Assembly: GCA_963768415.1 (NCBI GenBank) | Contig: CAVYHX010000016.1 | Location: 19,528-83,527 of the forward strand | Length of the DNA: 64,000 bases | Source: an uncultured Gammaproteobacteria bacterium | Lineage (GTDB): Bacteria; Pseudomonadota; Gammaproteobacteria; UBA9214 | Direction of reading: 5' to 3' | Made by a program: the position numbers and the translations under genes | In this document: positions 45,573 through 57,300 of the stretch, in pieces | How positions within the stretch are numbered: position 1 is the first letter of the stretch | Layout of the letters: the number at the start of each line of letters is the position of its first letter | Notes under the pieces: model-generated | Database searches by the model: none | The model's input: the letters and a program-made list of their open reading frames with translations, nothing else | What the model was told of the DNA's origin: nothing

Positions 45573-46568
45573 ATGAGCAGCTTTCGCGCCTATCGTATTC
45601 GCGCAACCGGAGATACCGTTCAGGGTGGTTATGAAACGTTGACGCTGGATGATCTCGCCCCCGGCGAGGTAGTCATACTGGCGCGTTATTCCAGCGTGAA
45701 CTACAAGGATGCGCTGGCCGCGACCGGCACGGGCAGGATACTGCGCCGGTTTCCGCTGGTGGGTGGCGTTGACGTCGCAGGTATTGTGGCGGAATCCGCT
45801 GATCCCCGTTTCCTGGCCGGTGATGAGGTGCTGGTGACCGGCTGTGGTCTGGGCGAGAGTCACGATGGCGGCTACTCCGAGGTTGTACGGGTACCGGCTG
45901 ACTGGGTCCTGCCGTTACCGGACGGGTTGTCGCTGTTCGACGTGATGGCGCTGGGCACGGCCGGATTTACTGCGGCACTGGCACTGGACCGGATGGAACA
46001 AAACGGACAACAACCGGACCATGGTCCGGTTATGGTCACCGGTGCAACCGGCGGTGTTGGCAGTATCGCCATCGACCTGTTAAGCGGGCAGGGTTATGAA
46101 GTGGTTGCATTGACGGGCAAAGCGGATGCCGCCGATTATCTCGGCACGCTCGGGGCCAGCACTGTGCTCCAGCGCCAGGCGCTGGCAATGGGTACGCGCC
46201 CGCTGGAACCCGGGCAATGGGGTGGTGCCATCGATAATGCTGGTGGCGATACGCTGGCCTGGTTGACCCGTACAGTCAAGCCATGGGGCTGTATTGCCAG
46301 TATCGGCATGGCTGGCGGCAGTGAACTGCATACCACCGTTATGCCGTTTATTCTGCGCGGGGTCAGCGTGCTGGGCATTACCTCCTCCAACTGTCCGATG
46401 GTCCGCCGGCAGCGGATCTGGCAGCGCCTGGCCGGCGAACTGCGGCCACGTCACCTGAAGCATATCGTCTCGGACACAATAGATCTGGACGGCCTGGGAG
46501 CTGCCTTTGATCGGGTACTTGCGGGCCAGCATAAGGGTAGAATAGTGGTCAGAATCAACCATAATTGA
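45573..46568 (+). CDS. YhdH/AcuI-type NADPH:quinone/acrylyl-CoA reductase (MDR family)
   Basis: VILARYSSVNYKDALAATG and VTGATGGVGS. 331 aa. Confidence 0.85.
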   Translation: MSSFRAYRIRATGDTVQGGYETLTLDDLAPGEVVILARYSSVNYKDALAATGTGRILRRFPLVGGVDVAGIVAESADPRFLAGDEVLVTGCGLGESHDGGYSEVVRVPADWVLPLPDGLSLFDVMALGTAGFTAALALDRMEQNGQQPDHGPVMVTGATGGVGSIAIDLLSGQGYEVVALTGKADAADYLGTLGASTVLQRQALAMGTRPLEPGQWGGAIDNAGGDTLAWLTRTVKPWGCIASIGMAGGSELHTTVMPFILRGVSVLGITSSNCPMVRRQRIWQRLAGELRPRHLKHIVSDTIDLDGLGAAFDRVLAGQHKGRIVVRINHN

Positions 46569-46615
46569 GGGTAATCCGGGTTGCCGCCCGGCAACAGTCA
46601 GCTAGAGGTGCAGGA

Positions 46616-47077
46616 ATGAAACGTTATTGCATGGAACTTGTAATCATCGGCGTGCTGGTCACGCTCTCCGGGTGCATGTCCACCCTTAGCGGCGAATCCT
46701 ATTCGCGCAACGAGGCGCGCAAGGAGCAACGGGTTGAATTCGGCAGGATAGAATACATCCGCCCCGTTGTCATTGAAGGGACCAAGACCCCGATTGGCGC
46801 GGGCACCGGTGCCGTTGTCGGTGGAATCGCAGGCAGTGGTGTCGGTGGTGGCAAGGGCCAGGATGTCGCAACCGTGGTCGGTGCAGTGGCGGGTGGACTG
46901 GCAGGCGCCGCGGCGGAAGAACAGCTAACCAAAAAACAGGGTGTCGAGTTGACTGTGCGGTTGAATAACGGTGCCATCATTGCCGTGGTGCAGGAAGTCA
47001 GCTCACGTGAGCGTTTTAATGTCGGTGACCAGGTCAGGGTGCTGACACTGGGCGGGACGACGCGTGTTGCCCAGTAG
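46616..47077 (+). CDS. glycine-zipper outer-membrane lipoprotein (SlyB/Pcp-like)
   Basis: Lipobox VTLSGCMS and the Gly zipper GAGTGAVVGGIAGSGVGGGKG...GAVAGGLAGAAA. Confidence 0.75.
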   Translation: MKRYCMELVIIGVLVTLSGCMSTLSGESYSRNEARKEQRVEFGRIEYIRPVVIEGTKTPIGAGTGAVVGGIAGSGVGGGKGQDVATVVGAVAGGLAGAAAEEQLTKKQGVELTVRLNNGAIIAVVQEVSSRERFNVGDQVRVLTLGGTTRVAQ

Positions 47078-47178
47078 GGGAAAGTGCGATTTATTCGATA
47101 ACACCGGCCCTTCGGGTTGACTGTCGCGGCGCAGCGTCCGCCTGCTCGCTACAGACGGCTGTATAGTTTTTCTGAAGG

Positions 47179-47724
47179 ATGCAGACCCTGCCTGATTTCC
47201 TGCGCACGGGACTCGATATTGTATCGGTGGGCTTGAACCCGTCCCTGCCATCGGTGCGTGCCGGGTATTATTTCGCCAACCCGCGCAACCGGTTCTGGCG
47301 GGCGCTGAACAACAGCGGACTGGTGGACGTGCCACTGGAGCCGGGTGTCGCTGCCATGACGATACTCTGCAGGCAGTACGGGATCGGTTTTACCGATGTT
47401 GTCAAGCGGCCCACGGCGGGTGGCGGGGAGTTGCGCGCGGCCGACTACCGTGAATGGGCGCCGCGGCTGCAGCAGAAGCTGATGGAATACCGGCCGGCGA
47501 TTGTCTGGTTTCACGGCAAGCAGGCCTTCGGGAATTACCTGAACTACGGCCCGGGCCTCAGGATCGCGGCTGACTGGGGTGAGCAAGGCATACGGATCGG
47601 TGCGGCCGCGGTCTTTGTGACTCCCAATCCAAGCCCTGCCAATGCAGTCTATTCTCTGCAGGAGCTGAGCCTGTGGTACCGGCGTCTCGGGGAATTCCGT
47701 GCTGCCATCACCGCACAGGCCTGA
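47179..47724 (+). CDS. mug: G/U mismatch-specific DNA glycosylase
   Basis: DIVSVGLNPSLPSVRAGYYFANPRNRFW and VTPNPSPANA match Mug/TDG family motifs. Confidence 0.8.
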   Translation: MQTLPDFLRTGLDIVSVGLNPSLPSVRAGYYFANPRNRFWRALNNSGLVDVPLEPGVAAMTILCRQYGIGFTDVVKRPTAGGGELRAADYREWAPRLQQKLMEYRPAIVWFHGKQAFGNYLNYGPGLRIAADWGEQGIRIGAAAVFVTPNPSPANAVYSLQELSLWYRRLGEFRAAITAQA

Positions 47725-47803
47725 GTCCGGTGATCCCTCATCCCGCCACAACCCGATCCATGGACTATACTGATACACGCACTCTTTTGTGGAGGATGGT
47801 GGC

Positions 47804-48271
47804 ATGTCAATCGCATCGACAGTCTCGAATTGTCTGGCTGATAGTGATGTCGCGTATGACGTTCTGGCGCACCCGCATACGACAAACAGCAGGGCGAGCG
47901 CACAGGCCGCACATGTTCCCGGTGCGCGGCTTGCCAAGTCAGTCGTGCTGGAGGATGACCAGGGCTATATCATGGTGATCCTGCCTGCCACGCGGCGCGT
48001 TGATCTGGGGGAATTGCACCGTCAGTTGAACCGGAATCTGGGGCTGGTGACGGAGCGGGAGCTGGGCGGTCTGTTCGTCGATTGCGAGATCGGCGCGTTA
48101 CCGGCAGTGGGTCCGGCCTATGGTATCGAGACGATCCTGGACGATGCACTGGCAGAGCAACCGGACATTTATTTCGAGGCGGGCGATCACGAACAGCTCA
48201 TTCATGTCAGTGTCGAGGCATTTCAGGCCTTGCTGGGAGACGACATTCAACTGGGCCACTTCAGCCACTAG
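47804..48271 (+). CDS. YbaK/EbsC-type aminoacyl-tRNA deacylase domain protein
   Basis: ATG at 47804 follows GGAGGA. ...AKSVVLEDDQGYIMVILPATRRVDLGEL...YFEAGDHEQLI. Confidence 0.7.
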   Translation: MSIASTVSNCLADSDVAYDVLAHPHTTNSRASAQAAHVPGARLAKSVVLEDDQGYIMVILPATRRVDLGELHRQLNRNLGLVTERELGGLFVDCEIGALPAVGPAYGIETILDDALAEQPDIYFEAGDHEQLIHVSVEAFQALLGDDIQLGHFSH

Positions 48272-48596
48272 CCTGTAGTTCCCGCCCGTTACATGCGGAG
48301 CGACCTGGACGTCATTATTTTGACGACAAGTGGCCTCGCGCAGACCCGGCTGCGTCTTCTATAACCATTAATAATGCATGGCAATTACCCCGCCCGCCAG
48401 GGCGGTACCTGTCTGCGCGTGAAAAACCATATTGCTGTCCGTGCATATCCACCCGTCTGGTATAGACAGCGGCATGTCACTGCCCTGCTCCGGGAAGGCA
48501 CACCCGCCATGCACACCGCCAGAGTCACCGCTGGAACAGGCGCGCCGGCCGCAGCCGGCCCACGCGCCAGATTTGATTTTCAGGTGCGCATTTCTG

Positions 48597-48625
48597 TTGA
48601 CACTCACGAGTGCCTGCAACACAAT
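48597..48625 (+). promoter_or_regulatory. candidate sigma70 promoter of the tRNA-tuf operon
   Basis: TTGACA (48597-48602), a 17-nt spacer, CACAAT (48620-48625) and a GC-rich discriminator AGCGGGC. A/T-rich tract upstream. It lies ~18 nt before tRNA-Tyr. Confidence 0.4.
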
Positions 48626-48643
48626 AGCGGGCTTGCATTTTTT

Positions 48644-48728
48644 GGAGGGGTTCCCGAGTGGTCAAAGGGATCAGACTGTAAATCTGACGGCTCAGCCTTC
48701 GGAGGTTCAAATCCTCCCCCCTCCACCA
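48644..48728 (+). tRNA. tRNA-Tyr (GTA), class II with long variable arm, CCA encoded
   Basis: Acceptor GGAGGGG/CCCCTCC, anticodon loop CTGTAAA, T arm GGAGG-TTCAAAT-CCTCC. Confidence 0.95.
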
Positions 48729-48921
48729 GCCGTGGGTTATCTCCCTGATTAGAAGGGGGAGGATTGGAACCGATGGAGGTTCACGAAATCGCCGGGAGCG
48801 ATTTCGAACGTCGCGCGTAGCGCGGCGGTCCGGAGGGCGGAGGGCAGGAGAAGGTGAGACCGCGAAGCGGTCGAGAGGCTGGCCTGGGCCATGCCCGGAG
48901 TAAATCCTCCCCCCTCCACCA
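48729..48921 (+). repeat. structured 193-bp insert ending in an exact 20-nt copy of the tRNA-Tyr 3' end (rtT-like, att-scar or MITE-like)
   Basis: 48902-48921 equals 48709-48728. Inverted copy GGGGGAGGATTGGAACC at 48755-48771. Internal perfect hairpins at 48784-48806 and 48858-48872. Confidence 0.8.
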
Positions 48922-49039
48922 GATGAGTATAATCGCCGAACGCTAGACAGCGGTTAGTTAAGGGTCGGGTCGGGACAGCAGGTCTGGTACCGAGGTCGGG
49001 TTGGGATGCCGGGGTCTGTGTTATCTGATCGTCAGTTTT

Positions 49040-49113
49040 GCGGGTGTAGTTCAACGGTAGAACCTCAGCCTTCCAAGCTGATGATGTGGGTTCGATTCCC
49101 ATCACCCGCTCCA
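49040..49113 (+). tRNA. tRNA-Gly (TCC)
   Basis: Acceptor GCGGGTG/CACCCGC, anticodon loop CTTCCAA, CCA encoded. Confidence 0.95.
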
Positions 49114-49243
49114 GATCAGGATTCAGGGCCGGTGAGAGTAACGGGGGAACAGACGCGGGAAACAAGATTCAAGAGAAAAGCTACCAGCATATGCAACTGA
49201 GCATGCACATTGCTTTTAGCTTTTCTCCTGGATCTGATTTCCT

Positions 49244-49319
<76 letters not shown>

Positions 49320-49378
49320 GACATTTTAGTTATTAACCTGAATACTGAATAAGGCATTCCACGAAGGAGATTGTCGCC

Positions 49379-50556
<1,178 letters not shown>

Positions 50557-50569
<13 letters not shown>

Positions 50570-50589
50570 TCTTCGATCACTCGAGGATC
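50557..50589 (+). other. perfect 15-bp hairpin enclosing the tuf stop codon
   Basis: GATCCTCGAGTGATC-TTC-GATCACTCGAGGATC. The TGA stop at 50567-50569 lies in the 5' arm. No T-run follows. Confidence 0.6.
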
Positions 50590-50663
50590 AGGAGTCAGAC
50601 ATCAGATGTCAGACTGATCTGAAATCTGAAGTCTGAAATCTGACTGATCTGATATCTAAATTT

Positions 50664-50739
50664 AGGCCAGTAGCTCAATTGGCAGAGCGGCGGTCTCCAA
50701 AACCGCAGGTTGGGGGTTCGATTCCCTCCTGGCCTGCCA
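50664..50739 (+). tRNA. tRNA-Trp (CCA)
   Basis: Acceptor AGGCCAG/CTGGCCT, anticodon loop CTCCAAA, CCA encoded. Confidence 0.95.
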
Positions 50740-50778
50740 TAGAAAACGGACAGGTTTGAAATCTGTCCCAGTGCAATT

Positions 50779-51156
50779 ATGAACGCAAAAGCTGAAACAG
50801 AAAGTAGCGGACTGGATAGCCTGAAACTCTGGACGGCGGTTCTCATGCTGGCCGCGGCTATTTATGCCTTTTATTACTTTGAAGAGCAATTGCTGGTGTT
50901 GCGCGTGCTTGGCTTGCTGGCGGTGGCGGGTATTGCAGCATTCATCGCGTCCCGGTCATTGACTGGCAAGCGGATTGTCGGGTTTATCAGCGGGGCGCAA
51001 AACGAGATGCGCCGTGTTGTCTGGCCAACGCGTACTGAAACTGTACAAACCACTCTCGCAGTACTCGTGATCGTGCTACTGGTGGGAATATTCCTCTGGC
51101 TGCTGGATATGTTGCTGTTATGGGCCATTCAACTACTGACCGGACAGGGTAGCTGA
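50779..51156 (+). CDS. secE: preprotein translocase subunit SecE
   Basis: Three hydrophobic helices, the conserved ...[13 protein letters not shown] motif, and its position between tRNA-Trp and nusG. Confidence 0.9.
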   Translation: MNAKAETESSGLDSLKLWTAVLMLAAAIYAFYYFEEQLLVLRVLGLLAVAGIAAFIASRSLTGKRIVGFISGAQNEMRRVVWPTRTETVQTTLAVLVIVLLVGIFLWLLDMLLLWAIQLLTGQGS

Positions 51157-51158
51157 TC

Positions 51159-51692
51159 ATGTCATTGCACTGGTATGTGGTACACGCCTACTCAGGTTTC
51201 GAGAATCAGGTCAAGCGTGCCCTGGAAGAACGGGTCGCGCGTGCCGGCATGGGTGATTCCTTCGGCGAGATTCTGGTGCCCACGGAAGAGGTTGTGGAAA
51301 TGCGGGAAGGCGCGCAGCGTCGCAGCGAGCGCAAGTTCTTTCCGGGTTACGTGCTGGTGCAGATGGAGATGAACGACGACACCTGGCATCTGGTGAAGGA
51401 TGCACCAAAGGTGCTGGGTTTTATCGGCGGGACCAGTGATAAACCTGCCGCGATCACCGACCGCGAAGCGGATGCGATCCTGCAGCGCGTTCAGGAAGGA
51501 GTCGACAAACCGCGGCCAAAAGTTCTGTTCGAGCCCGGTGAGGTTGTGCGCGTCACTGATGGCCCGTTCAACGACTTCAACGGTGTGGTTGAAGAAGTGA
51601 ATTATGAAAAGAGTCGTTTGCGTGTGTCGGTGCTGATTTTCGGGCGCTCGACGCCGGTAGAGCTGGAGTTCGGCCAGGTAGAGAAGGCATAG
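51159..51692 (+). CDS. nusG: transcription termination/antitermination factor NusG
   Basis: [22 protein letters not shown]... NGN domain plus a KOW domain ([21 protein letters not shown]). Confidence 0.97.
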   Translation: MSLHWYVVHAYSGFENQVKRALEERVARAGMGDSFGEILVPTEEVVEMREGAQRRSERKFFPGYVLVQMEMNDDTWHLVKDAPKVLGFIGGTSDKPAAITDREADAILQRVQEGVDKPRPKVLFEPGEVVRVTDGPFNDFNGVVEEVNYEKSRLRVSVLIFGRSTPVELEFGQVEKA

Positions 51693-51701
51693 TTTGAACC
51701 G

Positions 51702-51725
51702 GGCACAGATCTGCAGATCTGTGCC
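51702..51725 (+). terminator. perfect 24-nt palindrome downstream of nusG (possible terminator or processing site)
   Basis: GGCACAGATCTG/CAGATCTGTGCC begins 10 nt after the nusG stop. It is not followed by a T-run. Confidence 0.3.
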
Positions 51726-51781
51726 ATTCAAGAGTAACAGGGGAGCCGCAAGGCGCTGGAACCCACAGGAGCGATGTAACA

Positions 51782-52210
51782 ATGGCCAAGAAAATTGAGG
51801 CTTATATCAAGCTGCAGGTGCCCGCAGCCGAAGCTAACCCAAGTCCGCCGGTCGGCCCGGCACTGGGCCAGCACGGCGTGAATATCATGGAATTCTGCAA
51901 GGCGTTCAATGCGCAGACACAACAGATGGAAAAGGGGCTCCCGATTCCGGTTGTGATCACTGTGTACTCCGATCGCAGTTTCACCTTTATCACCAAGACA
52001 CCTCCCGCATCCGTGCTGCTCAGAAAGGCGGCCGGAGTTCCGAAGGGATCGGGCACACCGAACACCGACAAGGTTGGCAAGGTCACGCGTGCGCAGCTCG
52101 AGGAGATCGCCACGACCAAGATGGCGGATCTGAATGCCGCTGACATGGATGCGGCAATCAGGATTATCGCCGGCAGCGCCCGCAGTATGGGCCTGGATGT
52201 GGAGGGCTAG
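51782..52210 (+). CDS. rplK: 50S ribosomal protein L11
   Basis: [43 protein letters not shown]... Confidence 0.98.
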   Translation: MAKKIEAYIKLQVPAAEANPSPPVGPALGQHGVNIMEFCKAFNAQTQQMEKGLPIPVVITVYSDRSFTFITKTPPASVLLRKAAGVPKGSGTPNTDKVGKVTRAQLEEIATTKMADLNAADMDAAIRIIAGSARSMGLDVEG

Positions 52211-52213
52211 AGC

Positions 52214-52909
52214 ATGACAAAACTTACGAAACGAGCGAAGGTAATCCAGGAAAAGGCAACGCCCGGCAAGCAATATCCGATTGAGGAAGCATTGAATCTC
52301 CTGCAGGAACTGTCCACTCTGAAGTTCAAGGAGTCGGTCGATGTCAGTGTCAATCTCGGCGTTGATCCGCGCAAATCCGATCAGGTGGTGCGTGGCTCTA
52401 CAGTGCTGCCGAACGGGACCGGCAAATCGGTGCGCGTTGCAGTATTCACCCAGGGTGCGAATGCAGATGCAGCCAGGGAGGCCGGTGCTGATATTGTCGG
52501 CATGGATGACCTGGCCGAAGAGGTCAAGAAAGGCAATATGGATTTTGATGTGGTGATTGCATCACCCGATGCCATGCGGGTAGTCGGCACACTGGGCCAG
52601 ATACTCGGTCCGCGCGGACTGATGCCCAATCCGAAAGTCGGAACCGTGGCACAGGATGTTGCGGGGGCAGTGAGGAATGCAAAGGCGGGTCAGGTGCGTT
52701 ACCGCACGGACAAGGGCGGCATTATTCATTGCCTGATTGGCAAGACAAACTTCGAGATCAGTGCCCTTAAGGAAAATCTGCAGGCACTGCTTACCGATCT
52801 AAACAAGGGCAAGCCCTCATCTGCCAAGGGTGTTTACATGAAGAAGATCTCTGTATCGACAACGATGGGCCCGGGTCTGCAGATCGATCAGACTTCTCTG
52901 GAGGTATAG
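52214..52909 (+). CDS. rplA: 50S ribosomal protein L1
   Basis: [14 protein letters not shown]...[20 protein letters not shown]... Confidence 0.98.
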   Translation: MTKLTKRAKVIQEKATPGKQYPIEEALNLLQELSTLKFKESVDVSVNLGVDPRKSDQVVRGSTVLPNGTGKSVRVAVFTQGANADAAREAGADIVGMDDLAEEVKKGNMDFDVVIASPDAMRVVGTLGQILGPRGLMPNPKVGTVAQDVAGAVRNAKAGQVRYRTDKGGIIHCLIGKTNFEISALKENLQALLTDLNKGKPSSAKGVYMKKISVSTTMGPGLQIDQTSLEV

Positions 52910-53216
52910 TTTTTTTCGGAAAGAAGCTGAAATCTTTCCGTAATGGTTTTGGCGCTGTGCGACATATGTCGACGGCCGTCAAAGACCGCGGGTACCTGGC
53001 AACCGCAAACGTGAAAGCCGGGTTTAATTGTTCTGCAGCGGCGTTGCCTTAACGCCGGTGCGGAATGGCCTGCGCAGAGGGTGGCGTCGGGACAGTCTTT
53101 CTGTCTTCAAGTCACTAAACAAGGTGCGTCAGTCTGCAACATCTGACGCAATGTTAATGAACGGATATTAACTGAAGGCTGCATGCCGGAAGTGAAATCC
53201 ACTAGAGGTAAACGCA
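52910..53216 (+). promoter_or_regulatory. rplJ 5' leader (expected L10-L12 autoregulatory region, by analogy)
   Basis: 307-nt untranslated spacer with stable stems (CGGAAAGA...TCTTTCCG at 52917-52940; GCGTCAG...CTGACGC at 53126-53149). The function is inferred from the E. coli rplJL leader, not shown here. Confidence 0.35.
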
Positions 53217-53747
53217 ATGGCATTAACTCTTGAAGAGAAAAAGGCTGTTGTTGCTGAAGTTTCTGAAGTGGCAAAAAGCGCTTACTCGGCGGTAGCTGCA
53301 CAATACAGCGGACTGACTGTCGAGGAGCTGACTAACCTGCGTATCAAGGCACGCGGGGACAATGTCTATCTGCGTGTCGTGAAAAACACGCTGGCGCGAC
53401 GTGCCCTGGAGGAAACCGACTTTTCGTGCATGACGGAACGGTTGACAGGCCCGCTGATCCTGGCATTTTCGCAGGAAGATCCGGGTGCTGCCGCGCGTGT
53501 GACCAAGGAATTTGCCAAGCAACATGCAAAGTTCGAGGTCACCATGCTGTCTGTCGGCGGTCAGTTGCTGGAACCGTCCGAGCTGGACAGGCTGGCAAGC
53601 CTGCCGACCCGTGATCAGGCGATCAGCATGCTGATGTCTGTTATGCAGGCCCCGATTGCGAAGTTTGTCCGCACACTCAATGAAGTGCCGGGCAAGCTGG
53701 TGCGCACGACGGCAGCGATTCGCGATCAGAAGCAGCAAGCAGCTTGA
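53217..53747 (+). CDS. rplJ: 50S ribosomal protein L10
   Basis: MALTLEEKKAVVAEVSEVAKSAYSAVAAQYSGLTVEELTNLR... Confidence 0.97.
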   Translation: MALTLEEKKAVVAEVSEVAKSAYSAVAAQYSGLTVEELTNLRIKARGDNVYLRVVKNTLARRALEETDFSCMTERLTGPLILAFSQEDPGAAARVTKEFAKQHAKFEVTMLSVGGQLLEPSELDRLASLPTRDQAISMLMSVMQAPIAKFVRTLNEVPGKLVRTTAAIRDQKQQAA

Positions 53748-53804
53748 TTAAACAATACTGGCAGCTACAAACCACTGGCTGCCAATTTTTACTAGGAGAT
53801 TATT

Positions 53805-54182
53805 ATGTCCGTTTCACAAGCAGAAATCCTGGAAACAATCTCAGGTATGACAGTGATGGAGGTCGTTGACCTGATCTCTGCCATGGAAGAAAAGTTTGGG
53901 GTGAGTGCTGCAGCCGCCGTTGCTGCCGCGCCGGCTGCGGCTGCTGCCGAGGGTGCCGCCGCCGAAGAGAAGGACGAGTTCGATGTTGTTATGTCCAGCT
54001 TCGGAGAAAACAAGGTTGCCGTCATCAAGGCAGTGCGCGCGATTACCGGGCTTGGTCTCAAGGAAGCCAAGGATATGGTTGAAGGCACTCCCTCTACTAT
54101 CAAGGAAGCTGCTTCCAAGGACGAGGCGGAAGGCATCAAGAAGCAACTGGAAGAAGCCGGCGCCAGCGTTGAGCTCAAATAG
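53805..54182 (+). CDS. rplL: 50S ribosomal protein L7/L12
   Basis: Ala-rich hinge, then [22 protein letters not shown]... Confidence 0.98.
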   Translation: MSVSQAEILETISGMTVMEVVDLISAMEEKFGVSAAAAVAAAPAAAAAEGAAAEEKDEFDVVMSSFGENKVAVIKAVRAITGLGLKEAKDMVEGTPSTIKEAASKDEAEGIKKQLEEAGASVELK

Positions 54183-54235
54183 GCGGAACTGACGTAATCC
54201 GTTTGTGATTGCATCAACCGCTGGTATACAGGGTT

Positions 54236-54266
54236 GGCCGGTAGCGCAAGGCGCGCCCGGCCTTTC
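54236..54266 (+). terminator. rplL-rpoB intergenic attenuator-like hairpin
   Basis: GGCCGG-TAGCGCAAGGCGCG-CCCGGCC followed by TTTCC. Its position matches the partial terminator known between rplL and rpoB in E. coli. Confidence 0.45.
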
Positions 54267-54385
54267 CCTGCTGGATGTACCAAAAGGGTATCCTGACGTG
54301 CTGTCGGGTTGCCTGTCAGTGTCCGCAGATGTTTTCAACATTGCTGACACAAAGCTTTCCTCATTTTTACTGGAGAGGTAAACAG

Positions 54386-57300
54386 ATGGCCTACAGTTTC
54401 ACCGAGAAGAAACGCATTCGCAAGGATTTTGGCTCACGCCACAGTGTTCTGGACGTGCCATATCTGCTGGCAACCCAGATCGAGTCCTACCGTGATTTCC
54501 TGCAGGCGGACCTGGATCTTGGATCACGCAGCGAGAAGGGCCTGCATGCGGCGTTCAAGTCGGTATTTCCGATTACCAGTTACTCTGGTAATGCCGCACT
54601 CGATTATGTGACCTATCGCCTCGGCGAGCCGGCCTTTGACGTCAAGGAATGCCAGCTGCGCGGCTTGACCTATGCGGCACCCCTGCGCGCCCTGGTGCGT
54701 CTCATCATCTATGACAAGGATGCGCCGGCGAATACCCAGAAAGTCAAGGACATCAAGGAGCAGGAAGTCTACATGGGCGAGCTGCCGCTGATGACCGATA
54801 ACGGTACCTTTGTTATCAACGGGACTGAACGCGTCATCGTTTCCCAGCTGCACCGGTCACCCGGTGTGTTCTTCGACCACGACAAGGGCAAAACGCATTC
54901 TTCCGGAAAGCTGCTGTTTTCCGCACGTGTGATCCCCTATCGGGGTTCCTGGCTGGATATGGAGTTTGATCCCAAGGATATCCTGTTCGTGCGCATAGAC
55001 AGGAGGCGCAAGCTGCCCGCGACTATCCTGTTGCGTGCACTCGGTTATGACAATGAGCAGATACTCGATACATTCTTCGAAACCAATACGTTTCATGTTA
55101 ACAAGAACGAGGTGAAGCTGGATCTTGTCCCGGAGCGTTTGCGTGGCGAGACCGCCAGCTTTGAAATCAAGGCCAAGTCCAAAGTAATCGTTGAGGAAGG
55201 TCGCCGTATAACGGCGCGTCACATTCGGGAGCTGGAGAAGGCCGGTGTTAAAACACTGGTTGTGCCGGAGGATTATCTCATCGGCAAGGTGCTTTCCCAT
55301 AACGTGATCGACAAGGAAACCGGTGAACTGATCGCCAACGCGAATGACGAACTGACGCTGGAATTGCTTGAGAAGCTGCGGGATGCGGGCATCAAGAAGC
55401 TCAGTACCCTGTATGTCAATGACCTTGATCGCGGGCCCTATATTTCCAGCACCCTGCGCATCGATCCATCGACCACCGAACTCGAGGCCATGGTCGAGAT
55501 TTACCGCATGATGCGTCCGGGTGAGCCGCCCACCAAGGAAGCAGCCCAGAATCTGTTCAAGAACCTGTTTTTTACCAGTGATCGCTACGATCTGTCCGCT
55601 GTCGGCCGCATGAAATTCAATCGCCGCATCGGGCGTGAGGAAATCACCGGTGAAGGCACCCTGTCATCAGATGATATTGTCGCTGTGATGAAGGTGTTGA
55701 TCGATATCCGTAACGGTAACGGTTTTGTCGACGATATCGATCATCTCGGCAACCGTCGAATCCGTTGTGTCGGCGAGATGGCCGAAAACGTGTTCCGCAT
55801 CGGCCTGGTGCGCGTGGAACGCGCGGTGAAGGAACGCCTTAGTCTGGCGGAATCCGAAAGTCTGATGCCGCAGGAGCTGATCAATGCCAAGCCGGTGGCC
55901 GCAGCTATCAAGGAGTTCTTCGGATCCAGCCAGCTGTCCCAGTTTATGGACCAGAACAATCCCCTGTCGGAGGTTACCCACAAGCGGCGGGTATCGGCCC
56001 TGGGTCCCGGCGGTCTGACCCGCGAGCGGGCTGGTTTCGAGGTGCGCGACGTGCATCCGACCCATTATGGCCGTGTCTGCCCGATCGAGACCCCGGAGGG
56101 GCCAAACATCGGACTGATTAACTCCCTGGCCGTGTATTCACGTACCAACACATATGGTTTCCTCGAAACACCTTACCTCAAGGTGATCAATAACCGCGTT
56201 ACAGACAAGGTGGAGTATCTGTCGGCGATCGAGGAGGGTGATTACACCATTGCCCAGGCCAATGCGACGGTAGATGCCAAAGGCAATCTGACTGATGACC
56301 TGGTGACCTGCCGTCACAGGAATGAATTCATGACCTCCACCCCGGACCGGGTGGACTTCATCGATGTGTCGCCCAAACAGATTGTTTCTGTTGCAGCGGC
56401 GCTTATCCCGTTCCTGGAGCATGACGATGCCAACCGTGCGCTCATGGGTTCGAACATGCAGCGCCAGGCTGTGCCGACCCTGAAGACCGAGAAACCGCTG
56501 GTCGGTACCGGAATTGAACGGACAGTCGCAATCGATTCCGGGGTGACCGTTGTCGCCAGGCGTGGCGGTGTACTGGATTCTGTCGATGCTGCGCGTATTG
56601 TCGTGCGGGTCAATGACGACGAGACCGTTGCCGGTGAACCGGGCGTCGATATTTACAACCTTACCAAGTACACCCGATCCAACCAGAATACCTGCATCAA
56701 TCAACGGCCACTGGTTAAACCGGGCGATGTAATTGCGCGTGGTGACGTACTTGCCGACGGGCCGAGTACTGATATGGGAGAACTGGCGCTGGGACAGAAC
56801 CTGCTGGTCGCCTTCATGCCCTGGAACGGCTACAACTTCGAGGATTCCATCCTGATCTCGGAGCGGGTTGTCGAGGAAGACCGTTTTACCACCATCCACA
56901 TCGAAGAACTGACCTGCGTGGCGCGTGACACCAAGCTGGGTTCGGAAGAGGTGAGTGGCGATATCCCGAATGTAGGCGAAGGTGCGCTCTCCAAGCTGGA
57001 TGAGTCGGGTATCGTGTACATCGGCGCAGAAGTCAGGCCCGGTGACATCCTGGTCGGCAAGGTTACCCCGAAGGGCGAAACCCAGCTGACTCCGGAAGAG
57101 AAGTTGCTGCGTGCCATTTTCGGCGAAAAGGCATCGGATGTGAAGGATACTTCACTGCGTGTACCCAGTGGCATGGATGGCACCGTGATCGACGTGCAGG
57201 TGTTTACCCGTGACGGCGTTGAAAAGGATGCGCGTGCACTGCAAATCCAGGAAGAGCAGATAGCGCAGGTGCGCAAGGACCTCAATGACCAGATGCGCAT

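Noticed and set aside
47149-47937. 262-aa minus-strand ORF with a lipoprotein-like N-terminus
   Set aside because: It is fully antisense to the well-supported mug and YbaK-domain genes. No motif was recognised.
48749-49165. 138-aa minus-strand ORF
   Set aside because: It spans the structured repeat and the tRNA-Gly gene, so it cannot be a real CDS.
53792-54350. Minus-strand ORFs of 163 and 169 aa
   Set aside because: They are antisense to rplL and the rplL-rpoB spacer. The Ala-rich hinge of L7/L12 creates open frames on the other strand.
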